A DNA stretch of 63,037 bases, the filler included. It is 6 parts of 6 records of this genome, joined end to end, with 100 filler letters (N's around TTAATTAATTAA, not from the genome) between each part and the next. Parts side by side here need not be neighbours in the genome. Positions count along the whole stretch, not along the records: positions 57,994 to 63,037 come from SRR31156797_4054; 5 more parts are not named here. The stretch is one strand, 5' to 3'. The notes beneath the pieces are model-generated. The model saw only the letters and a list, made by a program, of their open reading frames with translations. It had not been told where the DNA came from and made no database searches. Position numbers and translations under genes: made by a program. Shown one piece after another: positions 61,301 through 63,037 of this stretch (positions are counted from its first letter, which is position 1; each line of letters begins with the position of its first letter).

Positions 61301-62072
61301 AGTTACAGCCGTTGCAGATACGAACTATCATTTTGTTGACTGGAGTGATGGAGTTACAGATAACCCGAGAACTGATACAAATGTAACAGCTAACATTAAC
61401 GTGACAGCTAACTTTGAAGAGGATCCGATCGGAGTCTGTGAGAGAACTGAAGAGATCGACATGCTTCCTTATACACACAATGCAGACACGACAGGCAGAG
61501 ATTCTGCGATCACAAGTTACGGAAGTGACTGTCTGGAAGAAGAGTATGCTTCAAGTGATTACGTTTATTCAATTGATCTTGAGCTCGGAAAAAAGATCGA
61601 GATAGAACTTGATCCGGCAGATGGATTTGATGGAGTTCTTGTTGTTGTCGGAACTTGCGGGGAGGATAAAAACTGCGTTGCGGCTGTTAATGATTCTGCT
61701 GAAGGCGAAGTAGAGCTTGTTCAGCATGAAGCTCTAGGAAATGAAACACTTTTCATAGTTGTTGAAGGCGTTTCAGGAGATGAAGGTGAATATACACTTG
61801 AGGTTAGAGAGTTGGTTGAAGAGGCTGACGATGATGTTAGCGATATGGATGAAGCCGAGGATATGGACGTTACGGACGAAACTGAAGACATGGACGAAAC
61901 TGACGAAGAAATGGACGACATGGATACTGATGTTGGAGATGTTGGGTTTGACATAGACGAAGTCGAAACCACAGATTTTGATAATGAGGTTGTTGACACT
62001 CAAGTTGATGTTGACATGATAGATAATTATAAATCTAATAGTTCAGGTTGTAGCTGTAGTCTTGTGATTTAG
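58314..62072 (+). CDS. Large modular surface protein (beta-helix/choice-of-anchor-Q-like, FN3-like, MBG, InlB-B-like repeats, acidic linker, GCSCSLVI-COOH)
   Basis: RBS GGAGG and signal peptide at 58314; GGAI beta-helix repeats, DQRG..R....DIGAYE, YYVRAYATNS.GTSYG, NPAFTITYSGFVN, YHFVDWSDG. Confidence 0.85.
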   Translation: MRKFLVLIMFILFASYVSAQTIYVNSSTGDDTTGDGGTLNPYKTFHKGYTTVTSGGTLDLTGIFTWTDADELGDVATNGYVLGKNITIQGQGASSTIIQAASTANSADRRIFTINSSYTINIKDITLRHGNLTSNGRGGAISIGSVTTDITIDSCILEDNTASSSSYSYSYGGGAIYCNNSNASGGQVIVKNSIIRNNTSANCWGGAIYHYRGSSGTSSIVIENSTINGNTAAQGTVLAGYYGAYKITNSTITGNSGSTSIIMSNHGYGQFYMTNVTFAYNSLGTSGRGLYLENVGDIGIKNSILAQNKRTDNSIYDYYRTSGTLNTSANNIIEVQEVNDFTNGVDGNIVGEQNCLGLSSALDLNGSTGISPTLALTANSIAINGGTTTANGSISIPALDQRGTARLNETDIGAYEFVGTPVTPEITVGETSLSGFDYSTGSGPSDSQTFDVSGIDLVDDIEITAPSSYEVSDDDVSYSSSITLTQVGGTVSSTLIYVRLKSGLSAGAYNEAATVSTACDEETVTLNGTVAAAELPTVTTQAVILISSTTATGNGTITDLGFPNPTAHGICWSIDENPTTSDSCVDNGAASATGAFLASMNSLTPGTLYYVRAYATNSTGTSYGTQVNFTTLKITPTVTAWPTASAISYGQALSASVLTGGTASVEGSFAFDSPVTVPNVGTVDYAVTFIPTNIANYNTVAGTVSVTTNKAIPVITWNDPADIDYGTALDGTQLNATADVAGSFVYTPAAGTVLDVGFAQALKADFTPADMTNYEITSKEVVINVATVELTVTADDKERDFSAANPAFTITYSGFVNADTEGTLDIAPVATTTADIDSPAGDYQITVSGGVDNNYTFSYVAGNLKINAVAPSVTTGSATDITINSAKVGGTITSNGGLEISAKGVCISETENPDNTDTCLLDSSENDSFIIEFTSLTAGTIYHARAFATNSVSTTYGNDISFTTVAQFTLTYTAGANGSLSGALEQTVEEAQSGTAVTAVADTNYHFVDWSDGVTDNPRTDTNVTANINVTANFEEDPIGVCERTEEIDMLPYTHNADTTGRDSAITSYGSDCLEEEYASSDYVYSIDLELGKKIEIELDPADGFDGVLVVVGTCGEDKNCVAAVNDSAEGEVELVQHEALGNETLFIVVEGVSGDEGEYTLEVRELVEEADDDVSDMDEAEDMDVTDETEDMDETDEEMDDMDTDVGDVGFDIDEVETTDFDNEVVDTQVDVDMIDNYKSNSSGCSCSLVI

Positions 62073-62971
62073 TGAGTGTTTACCTGATCAGGTTTCTCGC
62101 CGGAATCTGTCTGTAATCCTTCTTCTATCTTAGTTTCATCAAAAGTTTCTTCTTTAAACTTAGCTTTTCCATATCGGTAAAAACCAAATCTTTTAATGAT
62201 CAGCTGTAATCTTCCTGTATACTCTTCTTTAATTCTAGAGTATTTAACAAATCCCTCAGCCATTTTAAGATAGTTGCCTGGATTATATCTTCTAAACTGT
62301 CTAAAAGAGTAGTAAGCTCTGTTTCGATTGAGATTTAGCATATATACGGCAATAGATTCAGAAAGAGTGTCAAAGATCTTAATGTGTCTAGTTTTTCCAC
62401 TCCACCTAAGAGGTTTTATTCCTTTTGAAGGATCGTAACTGACATGTCCAAAAATATTATTTCCCAACCTTACAAACCTGCTTGTTCCCCAACCGGATTC
62501 AAGAGCTGCCTGTCCAAGAGCAATTGGCGGTGGAATCGCGCGGATCTTATGATCAAATTTCCATTTTATTCGCTGTTTTTTCTTTTCATCAAAGGAGGAA
62601 GGGTCTTCATTCTTTTTTATTATTCTGTATTTGTATGCCGTTTCTTTAATAAATATCAGGTCTTGAGAGTCCCACTCTTTTTTTGAAGCCACTTCAAGAG
62701 CTTTTTCTCTTTCTTCCAGGATCTTTTCATTCTCAAGAAGAACAAGCGGAAGAACAGTCTGTACAAATAGAGCGATTCGGGCTTTCCCTTCAAGTTTCTT
62801 AACTTCCTGAGGCATACTTTTCATAAATATCCTTGGAACAATAGGAGATCTGTAATGATACTCGAATTTCTCAAAAGCCTTTTTTTGTTCGGCATGATCA
62901 GCAGGATAGACATCTCCAGATGTTGTTAAAGGCAGAAGCGCAAAGAATGTAACAAAAAGAAATTTTTTCAT
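62069..62971 (-). CDS. Bax-like glucosaminidase-domain (GH73-like) protein
   Basis: Signal peptide; IPPPIALGQAALESGWGTSRF..GNNIFG, YMLNLN...AY, YS...Y. Confidence 0.88.
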   Translation of the reverse strand: MKKFLFVTFFALLPLTTSGDVYPADHAEQKKAFEKFEYHYRSPIVPRIFMKSMPQEVKKLEGKARIALFVQTVLPLVLLENEKILEEREKALEVASKKEWDSQDLIFIKETAYKYRIIKKNEDPSSFDEKKKQRIKWKFDHKIRAIPPPIALGQAALESGWGTSRFVRLGNNIFGHVSYDPSKGIKPLRWSGKTRHIKIFDTLSESIAVYMLNLNRNRAYYSFRQFRRYNPGNYLKMAEGFVKYSRIKEEYTGRLQLIIKRFGFYRYGKAKFKEETFDETKIEEGLQTDSGEKPDQVNTH

Positions 62972-62980
62972 AGTGTAAAA

Positions 62981-63037
62981 TGGCAGGCGAGACGGGATTC
63001 GAACCCACGACCTTTGGCTCCGGAGGCCAACGCTCTA
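62981..63037 (-). tRNA. tRNA-Arg (anticodon CCG), 5'-truncated by the window end
   Basis: Minus strand TAGAGCG-TTGGC-CTCCGGA-GCCAA-AGGTC-GTGGGTTCGAATCCCGT-CTCGCCT-G-CCA; CCA is encoded. Confidence 0.9.

Overview
This window is not one locus. It contains six unrelated contigs joined by five artificial 100-bp linkers (N44-TTAATTAATTAA-N44), so gene neighbourhoods mean nothing across a linker. Contig 1 (1-19086, Bacteroidota-like): a T9SS Ig-repeat protein; a LacI-regulated SusC/SusD locus with a FISUMP lipoprotein and a LamG + PNGase F-like T9SS protein; a hybrid histidine kinase; pth-rplY-prs; and tRNA-Leu(CAA). Contig 2 (19187-27704, Desulfobacterota-like): a RelA/SpoT-like nucleotidyltransferase with an N-terminal hydrophobic signal, overlapping a ThiF/MoeB-like gene; a ZraP/ZraS/ZraR-like sigma-54 module; and a ferredoxin-nitroreductase. 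Contig 3 (27805-34012, GC-rich): a sugar ABC transporter with a ROK kinase, a GmhA-like isomerase and a divergent ROK repressor. Contig 4 (34113-42021, Bacteroidota): recF, DUF721/DciA, DUF2520, abgT, DUF6261, SPFH and rarA. Contig 5 (42122-57893, Bacteroidota): a cobalamin-riboswitch btu operon, a C39-like lipoprotein, a DEAD-box helicase, and HYC_CC_PP + CusA + TolC. Contig 6 (57994-63037): two surface proteins sharing a short C-terminal Cys motif, a Bax-like glucosaminidase and a partial tRNA-Arg(CCG). The best candidates for undescribed biology are: (i) a non-coding array of alternating palindromes phased at exactly 21/42 bp upstream of the DUF6261 gene; (ii) a TM-less C-terminal Cys-Ser-Leu-(aliphatic)2-COOH motif, CaaX-like, on two adjacent proteins; (iii) the apparently exported alarmone-synthetase-like enzyme coupled to an E1-like gene; (iv) a natural bicistronic translation coupler made by RBS duplication; (v) palindromic REP elements translated inside a TolC N-terminus. 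Family and taxon calls come from motif recognition by eye; no database search was run.
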